Assembly: GCA_964016885.1 (NCBI GenBank) | Contig: OZ024756.1 | Location: forward strand, 39,122,001 to 39,186,000 | Length of the DNA stretch: 64,000 nt | From: Eledone cirrhosa | Lineage: Eukaryota | Direction of reading: 5' to 3' | In this document: positions 14,610 through 28,365 of the stretch, piece after piece | Numbering within the stretch: the stretch's first letter is position 1 | Layout of the letters: each line of letters starts with the position of its first letter | Program-made: the position numbers and the translations under genes | The notes under the pieces: model-generated | The model's database searches: none | Seen by the model: only the letters and a program-made list of their open reading frames with translations | What the model was told of the DNA's origin: nothing

Positions 14610-14653
<44 letters not shown>

Positions 14654-15067
14654 CGGAGGAAATGTGGTAAGGAACCAGGTGGACAATAACGCACCAAAGT
14701 ACTCAATACTTAGGGTAGTAGAGTGGGTAATAGGAACGAGTAGAACCCCGACGGCTGAGCTCAAGCCGTTTCGACGGCTAATTCTGGACTCAGAATTAGC
14801 CGTCGAAACGGCCTGAGCTCAGCCGTCGGGGTCCTACTCGTTCCTATATATATATATATTATTAGAAATGTAAGCTATCGCCGTATTTTGACTAAAGAAA
14901 TTAAAGAAATTATTTAGCCTGATAGTGGGGTTAAGAACCCTCGGAGAAATGGAAAAAGATGAGTATTGACTAAATAATTTCTTTCATTTCTTTAGTCAAA
15001 ATACGGCGATAGCTTACATTTCTAATAATTTCAAACCAACTCGCTGTTTCGAAAATATTCTTACTTG

Positions 15068-15131
<64 letters not shown>

Positions 15132-15134
<3 letters not shown>

Positions 15135-15683
15135 GGAGCAAAGATTGGGAATACGGAGGATGATGTGGTTGAGAGGAAGAGCAAGGCCTGGGCGGCGTGT
15201 CACAGCTTGAGATCGGTGTGGAAGTCGGACCTTCGTAGAGACCTGAAAATCCGCCTCTTCATTGCTGTAGTGGAGTCTGTGCTGCTGTGTGGGTCTGAGA
15301 CTTGGACACTGACCAAGAGACTCACTCAGATGGTGGATGGGTGCTACACGAGAATGCTGAGGATGGCTCTGAACATTAATCAGTATACACTGAGGATGAA
15401 AAACTCAGAGCTGTATGGGAGCATCCCAAAAGTCAGCTCAAAAGTGACACAGAGGAGACTGAGGTTGGCTGGACATGCTCACCGACATCCAGAGTTGACA
15501 TTGCACTCAGTGCTCCTTTGGGAGCCCCTACATGGACACACTAGAAGAGGAAGACCAAGGTTAACATATGTTGATGCCCTAAGGACAGACACTGGTCTGT
15601 TGGAGATGCAGGATATGGCAGCGATAATGAGGGACAGAGACCGCTGGAGAGAACTCGTCCATGGATCTCGGGAATTTTACCCG

Positions 15684-15688
<5 letters not shown>
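15132..15688 (+). mobile_element. RTE-clade LINE 3' fragment inserted in (TA)n; family also at 20917-21237(-), 22718-22837(-), 25180-25345(+), 44398-44670(-)
   Basis: KIRLFIAVVESVLLCGSETWTLTK...RRLRLAGHAHRH...RGRPRLTYVD...DRDRWRELV is the C-terminal region of RTE-type reverse transcriptases; full 3' ends stop at GGAATTTTACCCGCC. Confidence 0.9.
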
Positions 15689-15759
<71 letters not shown>

Positions 15760-15930
15760 GAACACTGGGGGATTATATCCGTAGTAGTAGAGCACTCAAT
15801 CCATGGGACGAGTTTAGTAGCAGTAGTTCCCCAACATTTAGTTCACCATACCGGGAACAATTGTTTCACTTTATTCGGATCGTCAGCTCGGTCTAAATTG
15901 TTTTTCCTTTTCCGAACAACTTCATTTAGA

Positions 15931-15971
15931 CCGAGCTGAGGATCCGAATAAGGTGAAACAATTGTTCTCTG
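15931..15971 (+). ncRNA. Minimal hammerhead motif, with inverted copy at 15851-15891
   Basis: CCGAG-CTGAGGA-tccgaataaggt-GAAA-CAATTG-TT-CTC; the inverted copy reads CTGACGA, so the change falls on the free N7 position. Related partial copies at about 504-560 and 34195-34315 have CTCGG completing stem I. Confidence 0.65.
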
Positions 15972-16176
15972 TAAGGTGAACTAACTGTTGGGGAACTACT
16001 TCTATCTATCTCTCTATATATATATTTAGTATTAATATATAAGGGAACGAAGAATCAGTGTTGCATCATATACATATTTAATTACATATGTTTCACTGTC
16101 CATCAGCTCGAGGATCGATCTATTAATAATCGAATCTGACCGCCTATGGACGCAATTAACTTGTACTTAACTCCTA

Positions 16177-16222
<46 letters not shown>

Positions 16223-16714
16223 AGTTAGAATATTTGTTGCTGTTGCCCTCTAAACTTCGCAGTCCATTTTCAGCAGAAATAGATGGAAAGAAGAAATCTG
16301 GTGAATTCAATACATCTAATGATCAGTTTGAATTGGCTGAAGATCAAATCTAAGGGAAGGGGAGAGGTTGAACAAATTGCTGTCACGAAGTGATTGTTTC
16401 TAGTAATAGGCACAAGGCCAGCAATTTGAAGGGAAGGGGAAAGTCGATTGAATCGACTCCAGTGCGTTACTGGTACTTTATTTTATCGACCCCGTAAGGA
16501 TGAAAGGCAAAGTTAACGTTGGCGAAATTTGAACTCAGGACGTAAAGGGTTGTAACGCTATGCTTAAGAGGGCCTGGAAAACAACAAGTGACTAAGACGA
16601 TTATTGTTGATCGAGCAAATCTATAATCAAAGTCATGGGGTCCTGGGTTCAATCCTATTATTAATAGTGGTGCCCCAGCATGACCTCAGCTTCTCGACTG
16701 GAACACCTACTAGA

Positions 16715-16780
<66 letters not shown>

Positions 16781-17565
16781 TGTGTGTGTTTGTGTTGTGT
16801 ATATGAGTGAGTGTGTGTGAGAGTGAACGTGTATGTCTGCGAGTGAGTGAGTTGAGTGTACGTATGTGTGTGAGTGAGTGAGTTGAGTGTGTGAGTTGAG
16901 TGTGCGTATGTGTGTGAGTGACCGTGTGTGGGAGTGAGTGAGTGACGTGTGAGTCGAGTATGAATGTGTGTGTGTGCGTGAGCGTGTGTGTGAGTGAGCG
17001 TGTGTGTGAGTGAGAGTGTGTGTGTGTGTAAGTGAGCGTGTGTATGAGTGAACGTGTGTGTGTGTGAGTGTGAGAGTATGAGTGAGCGTGTGTGAGTGAG
17101 CGTGTGTGAGTGTGTAGATGCGTGTGTAACAATAACTAGATGTACACTAACGAACACACGGTACGTCTGAGGTTTAACGATATTGGAAGCAAGGGAGAAA
17201 ACTCTTGTAAAACCAGCTTCACTTAACTACATGACTCACTGTAAAGATGGCAACGAATCAAAACATACTGCCGTCTAGTTTTTTTTATTGTGTGTACGTG
17301 TGTGTACGTGTGTGTGTAGTTATTTCATGTGTGTGTATTTACCCTATCTAATCCCTTACAATGCTCTCTTCTATATGTAAGATTGACTTATATCATTTAT
17401 TTTGAGAACAATACCTTAACATCAGTATGAGTGACCAGTTATGGCCAGTTCGAACAGAAAGAGTTGAGAGAATTCTGACCAGATATGGCTGGTTTAATAA
17501 CTAAAGGGTTAAACAAGAGAAAATACATATGAAGTGTTAGACTACTTCAAAATTCAACAGCAAAC

Positions 17566-19021
17566 ATTACATATAAAATATATTACATATAAAATATATT
17601 ATATATAAGATATATTACATATAAAATATATTACATATAAGATATATTACATATAGAATATATTACATATAAAATATATTACATATAAAATATATTACAT
17701 ATAAAATATATTACATATAAGATATATTACATATAGAATATATTACATATAAAATATATTACATATAGAATATATTACATATAGAATATATTACATATAA
17801 AATATATTACATATAAGATATATTACATATAGAATATATTACATATAAAATATATTACATATAAAATATATTATATATAAAATATATTACATATAAGATA
17901 TACAACATATAAAATATATTACATATAAGATATATTACATATAGAATATATTACATATAAAATATATTACATATAGAATATATTACATATAGAATATATT
18001 ACATATAAAATATATTACATATAAGATATATTACATATAGAATATATTACATATAAAATATATTACATATAAAATATATTATATATAAAATATATTACAT
18101 ATAAGATATACAACATATAAAATATATTACATATAAGATATATTACATATAAAATATATTACATATAAGATATACAACATATAAAATATATTACATATAA
18201 GATATATTACATATAAAATATATTACATATAAGATATACAACATATAAAATATATTACATATAAGATATATTACATATAAAATATATTACATATAAGATA
18301 TATTACATATAAGATATATTACATATAAGATATATTACATATAAAATATATTACATATAAGATATACAACATATAAAATATATTACATATAAGATATATT
18401 ACATATAAAATATATTACATATAAGATATACAACATATAAAATATATTACATATAAGATATATTACATATAAAATATATTACATATAAGATATACAACAT
18501 ATAAAATATATTACATATAAGATATACAACATATAAAATATATTACATATAAGATATATTACATATAAAATATATTACATATAAGATATACAACATATAA
18601 AATATATTACATATAAGATATATTACATATAAAATATATTACATATAAGATATATTACATATAAGATATATTACATATAAGATATATTACATATAAGATA
18701 TTCAACATATAAAATATATTACATATAAGATATATTACATATAAGATATATTACATATAAGATATATTACATATAAGATATATTACATATAAGATATATT
18801 GCATATAAGATATACAACATATAGAATATATTACATATAAGATATATTACATATAAGATATTCAACATATAAAATATATTACATATAAGATATATTACAT
18901 ATAAGATATATTACATATAAGATATATTACATATAAGATATATTACATATAAGATATATTACATATAAGATATATTACATATAAGATATATTACATATAA
19001 GATATATTACATATAAAATAT
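17566..19021. repeat. 16-bp satellite (ATATTACATATAAGAT and variants), about 90 units
   Basis: Direct tandem array with recurring variants TAAAAT/TAAGAT/TAGAAT and TACAAC. Confidence 0.95.
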
Positions 19022-19124
19022 GTGAGGTTTGCTGTTAACAATTTTCTAGATTGAATCTGAGACTTTAACCCTTGTTCAAAACCTACTTTAATGATTTCTT
19101 ATCAACTTACTGTGTCAAAAAAGA

Positions 19125-19198
<74 letters not shown>

Positions 19199-19209
19199 GT
19201 GTGTGTGTA

Positions 19210-19272
<63 letters not shown>

Positions 19273-19333
19273 GTGAGTGTGTGTGTGTATATATATGTAT
19301 ATATATATATATATATATATTTGTGTGTGAGTG

Positions 19334-19385
<52 letters not shown>

Positions 19386-19920
19386 TATATACATGTGTAT
19401 GTGTGTGTGTATGTGTATATATATATATTTCGACATAGAAAATATCTTGAACTCTGAGCTATTTACTGTCATTGAGTGCCATTGTAATTCTGATAAATGT
19501 TGCATTCTATATATCAGCTCGCTAATCAGTAGAGAGTATTACTGCATTGAAAAAGAAAGGTGTCATATACGGTAGTGTGTATTTGTGTGTGTGTGTGAGT
19601 GTGTACATGAATATGTGTGTAGTAATATTTATATATATATATATATATATGCATAGTATATTTGGCAATATACTGTATGTTTAATTAAAAACATTTAGAA
19701 GACCATTTGCTATTAGTTTTAAAGTAGTGACTATGTCACTTATTTTCGGCGAAAACAAAAGGGAGAGCAATTGACCGTCTGTTTCTCGCTGGTTGGTGTT
19801 TATCAAAACCACTCACTCCCCTGCCTTCGCCGAAAATTATAGAAATTGGATTCTTATAGAATTCCAGTAATAATCAGGAGCTGATTATACAGATTGATTG
19901 CCAGTCCAGCAAAAATTAGG

Positions 19921-19950
<30 letters not shown>

Positions 19951-19951
<1 letters not shown>

Positions 19952-20074
19952 CCCTCTGAAGAATTATAAGAGCCCACTTGCATAAGTATCTGTTGATCTT
20001 ATACAAGCTTCTACATAATTTGGTATAATTTCACCCAACTTGTAGAAATCTTATAATGAAACGAATCGTCTGGG
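19951..20074 (+). ncRNA. Type I hammerhead motif with long branched stem II
   Basis: CTGAAGA 19956-19962, 9-bp stem II ATTATAAGA/TCTTATAAT, GAAA 20058-20061, stem III ACGAATCGT, GTC triplet 20068-20070, stem I CCC/GGG with one T-T mismatch. Confidence 0.78.
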
Positions 20075-20248
20075 AAGAGATATATTTGATATATCTCATA
20101 TGAAATGATACAGCCAATTTTCCACAGAATACAATTAGTTAGCACCCCAAACGTTTAATTAGGAATATACTCAGCTATTTCCTAATGTTTGTTGAGTGAG
20201 TTGGAATTTGGCCGGAGTATCGCTATTAGCTTTCTCCGTTTATATATT

Positions 20249-20306
<58 letters not shown>

Positions 20307-21930
20307 TATAGGTCACACCTCGACTAGAACAGACGAAGGAAGTCTCTTGACTTGCTAGATATAGCAATGAACCAAATTTCTCTTAAATCTTAAATAACTG
20401 TCTTAGAATAAAAGAAAAGACACACTGAATGATGTGGTCCTAGATATACTGTGCCTGAGGGGGGGAAAAGATAGAATTCGAGGAAGGGGATTTAAACCTT
20501 TAAAATTTATATTAATTACATTACTATTATATTTTCATGGTGCAGGCTTTATCTCACATAATATGGAATCTATGAGATTTTGATGATGTCAATATTTATT
20601 TTGAGAACAATACCTTAATGTTGGTATGAGTGGCCAGTTACAGCCGGTTTGAAGAGAAAGAGGTGAGGGAACTCTGGTCAGATATGGCCAGTTTGAATCC
20701 TAAAGGGTTAAATATTGTTGTGAGAAATCAGGTTCTAACATTAAGTAAAATGTTTGTTCACTTAGAATCTTGCAGGGATCAAGGGTATAGCTATGGTACC
20801 AATATATCATCAAAGAACAAAGAAGTCCAAATGACATTATGTATTAAGAATACTTTCACTATTTATTCCGCAAAGAGATACCAAATATTAAATTTGAGAA
20901 GTGAGAAAGAGATCTCTAGGGCGGGTAAAATTCCCGAGATCCATGGACGAGTTCTCTCCAGCGGTCTCGGTCCTTCATTATCGTTGCCATGTCCTGTGTC
21001 TCCAAGATACCAGTGTCTGTCCTTAGGACATCAACATATGTTAACCTCTGTCTTCCTCTTCCAGTGTGTCCATGCAGGGGCTCCCACAGGAGGACTGAGT
21101 GCAGTGTCAACTCTGGATGTCGGTGAGTATGTCCAGCTAACCTCAGTCTCCTCTGTGTCACTTTGAGCTGACTTTTGGGAGGCTCGCGTACAGCTCTGAG
21201 TTCTTCATCCTCAGTGTATACTGATTAATGTTCAGAGAAAAAGATATCGAAGAAGAATTGACCTCAGTACTGGATTGATACATCTTTCTTCGACCTGGAA
21301 AGGATGAAAGATTATGATGCCCTTACCATTAGATATAAGGGTTTCTGATTTAGGCACAATGCCAGCAATTCTTTTGGTAGGGAAAGGAAAATCAGTTATA
21401 TCAACCTTAGTGTATTACTGGTACTTTATTTTATCAACCCTGTAAGGATAAAAGGCAAAGCGAAACTTGGAGGGATTTGAACTCAGAACATAAAGAACCA
21501 TAACTCTATGTCTCAAAGCATGTTGTCTGATGTTCTACCGATTCTGCTATAATATTTAACTCATGGTGTATGTGCCATACAAATAAATATTTCAAACAAC
21601 ATCGTCTGCTATTGCAATTTATGTTTTCCTTCAAAAGCAGGGAAAAGCGGACGTAAAATGATGATGATGATATATATATAAAGAGAATTTATAATTTAGA
21701 TAAAAAATATACCTGGACATCAAAATAATGACGTCATTGGTGTTTTCTTTCTAAACTATTTGCTATGATGTCAGTATGTTTTTCTACTTTCTTTAACCTA
21801 TCATATCATTTTCTTCATTAACTGCCACAAACGGTATGTTTTTAATTAACTCAGAAATATAACATTACAAACTTTCTTATTTAAGGGGTAAAAATTAGAC
21901 TAAATGGATTACAGATGTAACTAAAACATG

Positions 21931-22007
<77 letters not shown>

Positions 22008-22033
22008 TATATATATATAGACATATATACATA

Positions 22034-22079
<46 letters not shown>

Positions 22080-22089
22080 TATATACATA

Positions 22090-22139
<50 letters not shown>

Positions 22140-22209
22140 TATATACATATGTCTATATATATACATATATACATATGTCTATATATACATATGACTATAT
22201 ATACATATG

Positions 22210-22284
<75 letters not shown>

Positions 22285-22500
22285 TGAAGGCGTGTGACTG
22301 AGTGGTTAGAGAATTGGATCCGCAATCGTAAGGTTGTGAGTTCGATTCCTGGACCAGGCGATGCGTTATGTCCTTGAGCAAGACACTTTATTTCACGTTG
22401 CTCCTTCTACCTGGAGTTGCGACCGATAGATAGTATTAGCAATTGGAAAGACCAACGGAAACATTGTTCCCTCGGTCTGATTTGACGAAAGTCAATCGTT
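22285..22500 (+). mobile_element. tRNA-derived CORE-type SINE family B; also 8201-8415(+), 25855-26070(+), 4085-4250(-)
   Basis: tRNA-like head (TGAGTGGTTAGA...GAGTTCGATTCC) followed by CORE-like TGTCCTTGAGCAAGACACTTTA. Confidence 0.85.
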
Positions 22501-22657
22501 CCTATATATATATTAGAAAGTGAGGTTTTTTTTACAAAATGAAAAATAACCGAGGTGTCCTACACGAGTGAAAGTATAAAGAAAAAAAGATGAAATCGAA
22601 AATGCAACTGGAGTCTTATTTTTAAAAATAAGACTCCAGTTGCATTTTCGATTTCAT

Positions 22658-22704
<47 letters not shown>

Positions 22705-22979
22705 TCTATTCTATTCTAAGGCGGGTAAAATTCCCGAGATCTATGGACGAGTTCTCTCCAGCGGTCTCTGTCCCTCATTATCGCTGCCATGTCCTGCGTC
22801 TCCAACAGACCAGTGTCTGTCCTTAGGGCATCAACATACATATATAATCCATACTACCGTCTTAAACTATATATATATACATATATATATAAGAATTAAA
22901 ATACTAGAGTGCGTTGGAGTAAAACACACTCGTCATATTATAGAAATGACAGTATAGGATATAGCTCAATGTAATATAC

Positions 22980-23201
<222 letters not shown>

Positions 23202-23202
23202 C

Positions 23203-23235
<33 letters not shown>

Positions 23236-23321
23236 CACATATATATATATATACACATATATATATATACACATATACATATATATACATATATATATAC
23301 ATATATATATATATACATATA

Positions 23322-23575
23322 AGAGGGATCAGATGTTGTTTACTCGAGAGAAGGCTACGTTGGTATGGTCACGTGATGTGCATGAAGGACGATAGCTGTA
23401 TAACAAAGTGCAGGGCAATAAAGATAGACGGTAGCCACGGAATAGGCAGACCCAGAAAAACCTGGGACGAGCTGATAAATTCCGACCTCACACACTTACA
23501 CCTCACCAAGACAATGTCACTGGACCGAGACCTTTGGCGGTACTCAGTAATAGAGAAGACCCGCCTTACCTAAAT
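23322..23575 (+). mobile_element. RTE-clade LINE 3' fragment
   Basis: [29 protein letters not shown]...DRDLWR. Confidence 0.8.
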
Positions 23576-23993
23576 ACAAAGTAAAACCTACTACAGTCAG
23601 TAGGCATCTCTAACAAAATACACCCCCGTCCCACCACCCCCACCCCATCCACACCGCCCCTTTCAATGTAAAGTTATGTTGGTGCCACAACATCCAGGCC
23701 GAAACAAATGAGATCGTGTAGGTGTCACGTCAAAAAACACACAGTCCACGCTGTAATGTGGCCGTGTAGGCAACACGGTAAAAACCTCCCAGCCCCACAC
23801 TGTAAATGTGGTTGGTGTTAGGAAGGGCATCCAGCTGTAGAAAACCCGCCAGATAGTCCTATGCGAGCAAGACAACCACTCTTGCCTCAAGTGGGAAAAC
23901 CCTCCGTCCAAACCCATGCAAGCGTGGAACACGGACGTTAAACGATGATGATGATGATGATGATATATATACACATATATATATATATACACA

Positions 23994-24043
<50 letters not shown>

Positions 24044-24084
24044 CATATATATATACATATATATATATATACATATATATATAC

Positions 24085-24133
<49 letters not shown>

Positions 24134-24146
24134 CATATATATATAC

Positions 24147-24177
<31 letters not shown>

Positions 24178-24178
24178 C

Positions 24179-24209
<31 letters not shown>

Positions 24210-24234
24210 CATATATATATACATATATATATAC

Positions 24235-24297
<63 letters not shown>

Positions 24298-24370
24298 TAT
24301 ATACACACATATATATATATACATATATATATATATACATATATATATATACACACATATATATATATAC

Positions 24371-24417
<47 letters not shown>

Positions 24418-24420
24418 CAC

Positions 24421-24469
<49 letters not shown>

Positions 24470-24488
24470 CACATATATATATATACAC

Positions 24489-24519
<31 letters not shown>

Positions 24520-24544
24520 CATATATATATACATATATATATAC

Positions 24545-24737
<193 letters not shown>

Positions 24738-24743
24738 CATATA

Positions 24744-24777
<34 letters not shown>

Positions 24778-24796
24778 TACTTATACATATATATAT

Positions 24797-25077
24797 ATTA
24801 TAAAATAACAGGAGGCTGGACTGGTGTAATGCCTTAAAGGTTTATTATACTATGAACATTTTAATGACTGGGTTCGGTATGAATCCGGTGACATCATCAG
24901 GTATTCCGAAATTTAACAATTTTCAGCCCCATGGATTGTGTCTATTATATTCCTTTGTTAAAATTCGGAATACCTGATGATGTCACCGGATTCATACTGA
25001 ACCCAGTCATTGAAATGTTCATAGTATAATAAACCTTTAAGGAATTACACCAGTCCATCCTCCTGTTATTTTATAAT
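24797..25077. repeat. Inverted repeat with about 120-bp arms next to a long (TA/CA)n tract
   Basis: ATTATAAAATAACAGGAGG...CAGGTATTCCGAA mirrored by TTCGGAATACCTG...CCTCCTGTTATTTTATAAT; contains CTGATGA and a GAACCCAGTC remnant. Confidence 0.85.
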
Positions 25078-25363
25078 AATTAACTCTGTACTTGCACTAC
25101 CAATAACACAAACGAAAACGGGTGAGTTGCATTACGTTGTGTGCTCTCCCTAATACTACATCATGATTGACCATACGGAATGACTGAGGTTAGCTGGATA
25201 TGCTCACCGACATCCAGAGTTGACATTGCACTCAGTGCTCCTGTGGGAGCCCCTACATGGATACACTGGAAGAGGAAGACCAAGGTTAACGTATGTTGAT
25301 GTCCTAAGGACAGACACTGGTCTGTTGGAGACGCAGGACATGGAATATATATATATATATATA

Positions 25364-25402
<39 letters not shown>

Positions 25403-25685
25403 ATTGGCATACGGTTGGATAATACATGTGTCCCTATATGCATTTTGCATGTAAGAAGCATACTTTATTATTATTAATCTCCCCTGGTCGAGATAACATT
25501 TTGGTCGTTTTAGTTGCTGCTATTTCTAGTGGCAGTACATTGACCTTTCCACCCCTGCCTTCTATCTTTACACACGGCACTAGACAAGATTGTTTCTTCA
25601 TCATACACTCTCATCTGGGAACAGTTTTGTATGGCGCCAGTTCGTGATTTGAACGCGGGAATTTTATATTCTACGAGTGAGAAGA

Positions 25686-25769
25686 ACCCTCTGATGAAAG
25701 TCTTCTTCTCAATGGATTTCCGCATGGATTATCCATTTATTTTGAGACTTGAAACCGCGCGGTAAGGGT
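25686..25769 (+). ncRNA. Type I hammerhead ribozyme motif
   Basis: Stem I ACCCT/AGGGT, CTGATGA 25691-25697, stem II AAGTCT/AGACTT extended by AATGGAT/ATCCATT, GAAA 25751-25754, palindromic stem III ACCGCGCGGT, GTA triplet. Confidence 0.87.
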
Positions 25770-28365
25770 AATTAGAGCAGGTACAGCAAAATTTTTAAAA
25801 TTTATTTTAAAACTTTTTCTTATTTGCTAAACCTTGATTATATATATATGTTAGTGAAGGGGTGTGGCTGAGTGGTAAGAGAATTGAATTCGCAATCATG
25901 AGATTGTGAGTTCGATTCCCAGACCAGGCGATGCATTATGTCCTTGAGCAAGACACTTTATTTCTCATTGCTCCTTCTAACTGGAGTTGCAACCGATAGA
26001 TAGTATTAGCAATTGGAAAGACCAATGGAAACAGTTTCCTCGGTCCGATTTGATGAAAGTCGATCGACTGTCGATATATCTATATATAGCAACAGGTGCA
26101 TAAGTTTATATATATATATATTGTTATATTTTGGGAGGGTCATGATGCCAATAAAAAACTTATGCACCTGTTGCTTTTCACTTCAATTTATTACAAAATT
26201 TCCAGTTGGTTGGTTTAATAACCAGATGGTTGTTTATTGTCAAAGCTCTTTCTTCAAAATATAAAATAGAGTTTAATAATATTCTTTATTATGGCTAAGT
26301 GATGAGCCTTGTTATCCTAGAGTTTCACTTCTATACTCAACCTTCTTCTTTGTCCACTTATTCCTGAGAGGGTTGTGGAGGAAGAGTCCTCAAACAGTCC
26401 TTCCAGTGGGTCCTGTCAGAAGCAATCATTTCCAACAGATCCGGCTTGACTTGATCCCCAAGCAAGATCAGCCAAGCTCATAGATGTTATCAAACCATCT
26501 TGCCTGGAGTCTACCCCTGGATCTCCTGTTGGTTGGTTTTGTCCATAAAATCTGTCCAGTGATTCTTTCCTGAGACATTCTCACCACATGCCCATAGTAT
26601 CGGAGCTGTACTCCCTCAATTCAGAGATTCTTTCTCATAGTATTGGAGCTGTGATCTCTCAATTCAGAGAAGTAGTGGCTCTACCTGGAGGGACTCTCTG
26701 ATCTCTGAGCTATGCACTCTATCGAGTAATGTTACTTGAAAGACCCTTCTGAGGGGTATTATTCAATTATTTAAATTTCTTTCTATTTATCTCTGTATCT
26801 CTTTCTAAACATTGTCATTTGAAATTATATATTATTACCGTTGATAAAGTTGCTAAAGAGAATTTCATATTTGTCATTGAAAATATGGAATGAAAAAGGT
26901 CATATATAACTTGTTGTATTGATAAAATACCAACACTTGTATCATAGTATCAAGTATCAGAAATACTGCCTCAATCTAATGCCTGACTGCCGTAATTAAA
27001 TATGAACATAACATTCATATTAACTTTTTATCTCATTTTATAAAAGAGCAACAGCATTTGATGGTGCCAAACCATTGAAATGTCAATGTAAACTATTTCG
27101 TGCTTGACAAAATAAACATATTGAAAGGTAAATGAAGCAATTATTAATCTACCATGACGTACATAAACTACAGATTTCAGCTGTGAAGGTAAACTTGTAT
27201 TATTAACCTTTGCTGCAGTTTAATCTTACAATGACCAATGCAGTTTCCAATAAGAAAAACAAAGTAAATTGCTTAACCTTAAAACTGGACAACAGTATCT
27301 AAGATATGCTCTACTTGTCCGCGACTAGCTGGAGTGTCTTTAATCATAAGTCTACTCATCAAGGTCTGACTGGGGTTAAATAACAACAACAATAACAACA
27401 ACAACAGTTCATAAAACTGGCTCAAGGATTTATAATGAGTCCTTGGTTTATAAAAAAGATAAAGTTTTGTTTTGATTTCATCTTATTATATGTTCAACTC
27501 ATGACAGTAGATTGGCAGAGTCAGTAGAGCATTGGAGAATATGTTTTGTGGCATATTGTCGCAGCACTTTACATTCTAAGTTCAAACTGGCCAGAATTCT
27601 CTCTCCTCTATCTTCAAATCCTTGAAGATAGTATGGGACAATTTGTACAGTTGTGTGTATATATGTGTGTGTGTGTGAGTGTGTGTGAGAGAGAGAGAGA
27701 GATTTTAATTACAAGGCCATGGGATAATTGCTGGCCTTGAGATAATTGCCAGCCTTATCTCACATAATTCATTATCACTGTTTTACATCCATTCTTCCAT
27801 GCTAGCTTGGGTTAGCCCGAGGCACCACTCAGACTGGGATGCAGTGACTCTCACCCCCTCTCCTTTACCATTTGATCCTTCTTTCTTTTTCTTCATTCTT
27901 TTCTATTCTCTTTAGTAGTGTGTTTTGTTTTTATTAGCTACAGCCCAATTATTGTTATATAATTTCAATGGCCTTTCGTGGTGACATTGCAAGATTTAGT
28001 CTATTGCTTTACAGTCGTTCCTGGCTTGAATTATTATTAACTTAAATGTCCTTCACCTAATTTTTCTAAGTGCCAATTGATTATACGGCTTATATGAATT
28101 ACTACTTAAAGATAGATAAAAAAAAATTGGGGTAAAAAAAACTAGATAGATGTACGACTATACTATACAGATATGGTTAGATGTAGACACCACTAGGCAG
28201 ATATAGACACAAGAATACAAACGTCATTGACTGAGGACATAACAAGGCAGATATATATATGAGTGAAGGATACAGACACTGTTGAATATAGACACAAGAT
28301 AGATATATGAGTGAAGAATACATCGTTGACTAAAGACAACAAATTGAATCACGGGAACTTGAAAG

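Noticed and set aside
16075-16115. Partial hammerhead halves: GAAACATATGTA on minus; also 58620-58635 and 58830-58865
   Set aside because: Only one half of the core is present or it is non-canonical, so no complete fold can be drawn.
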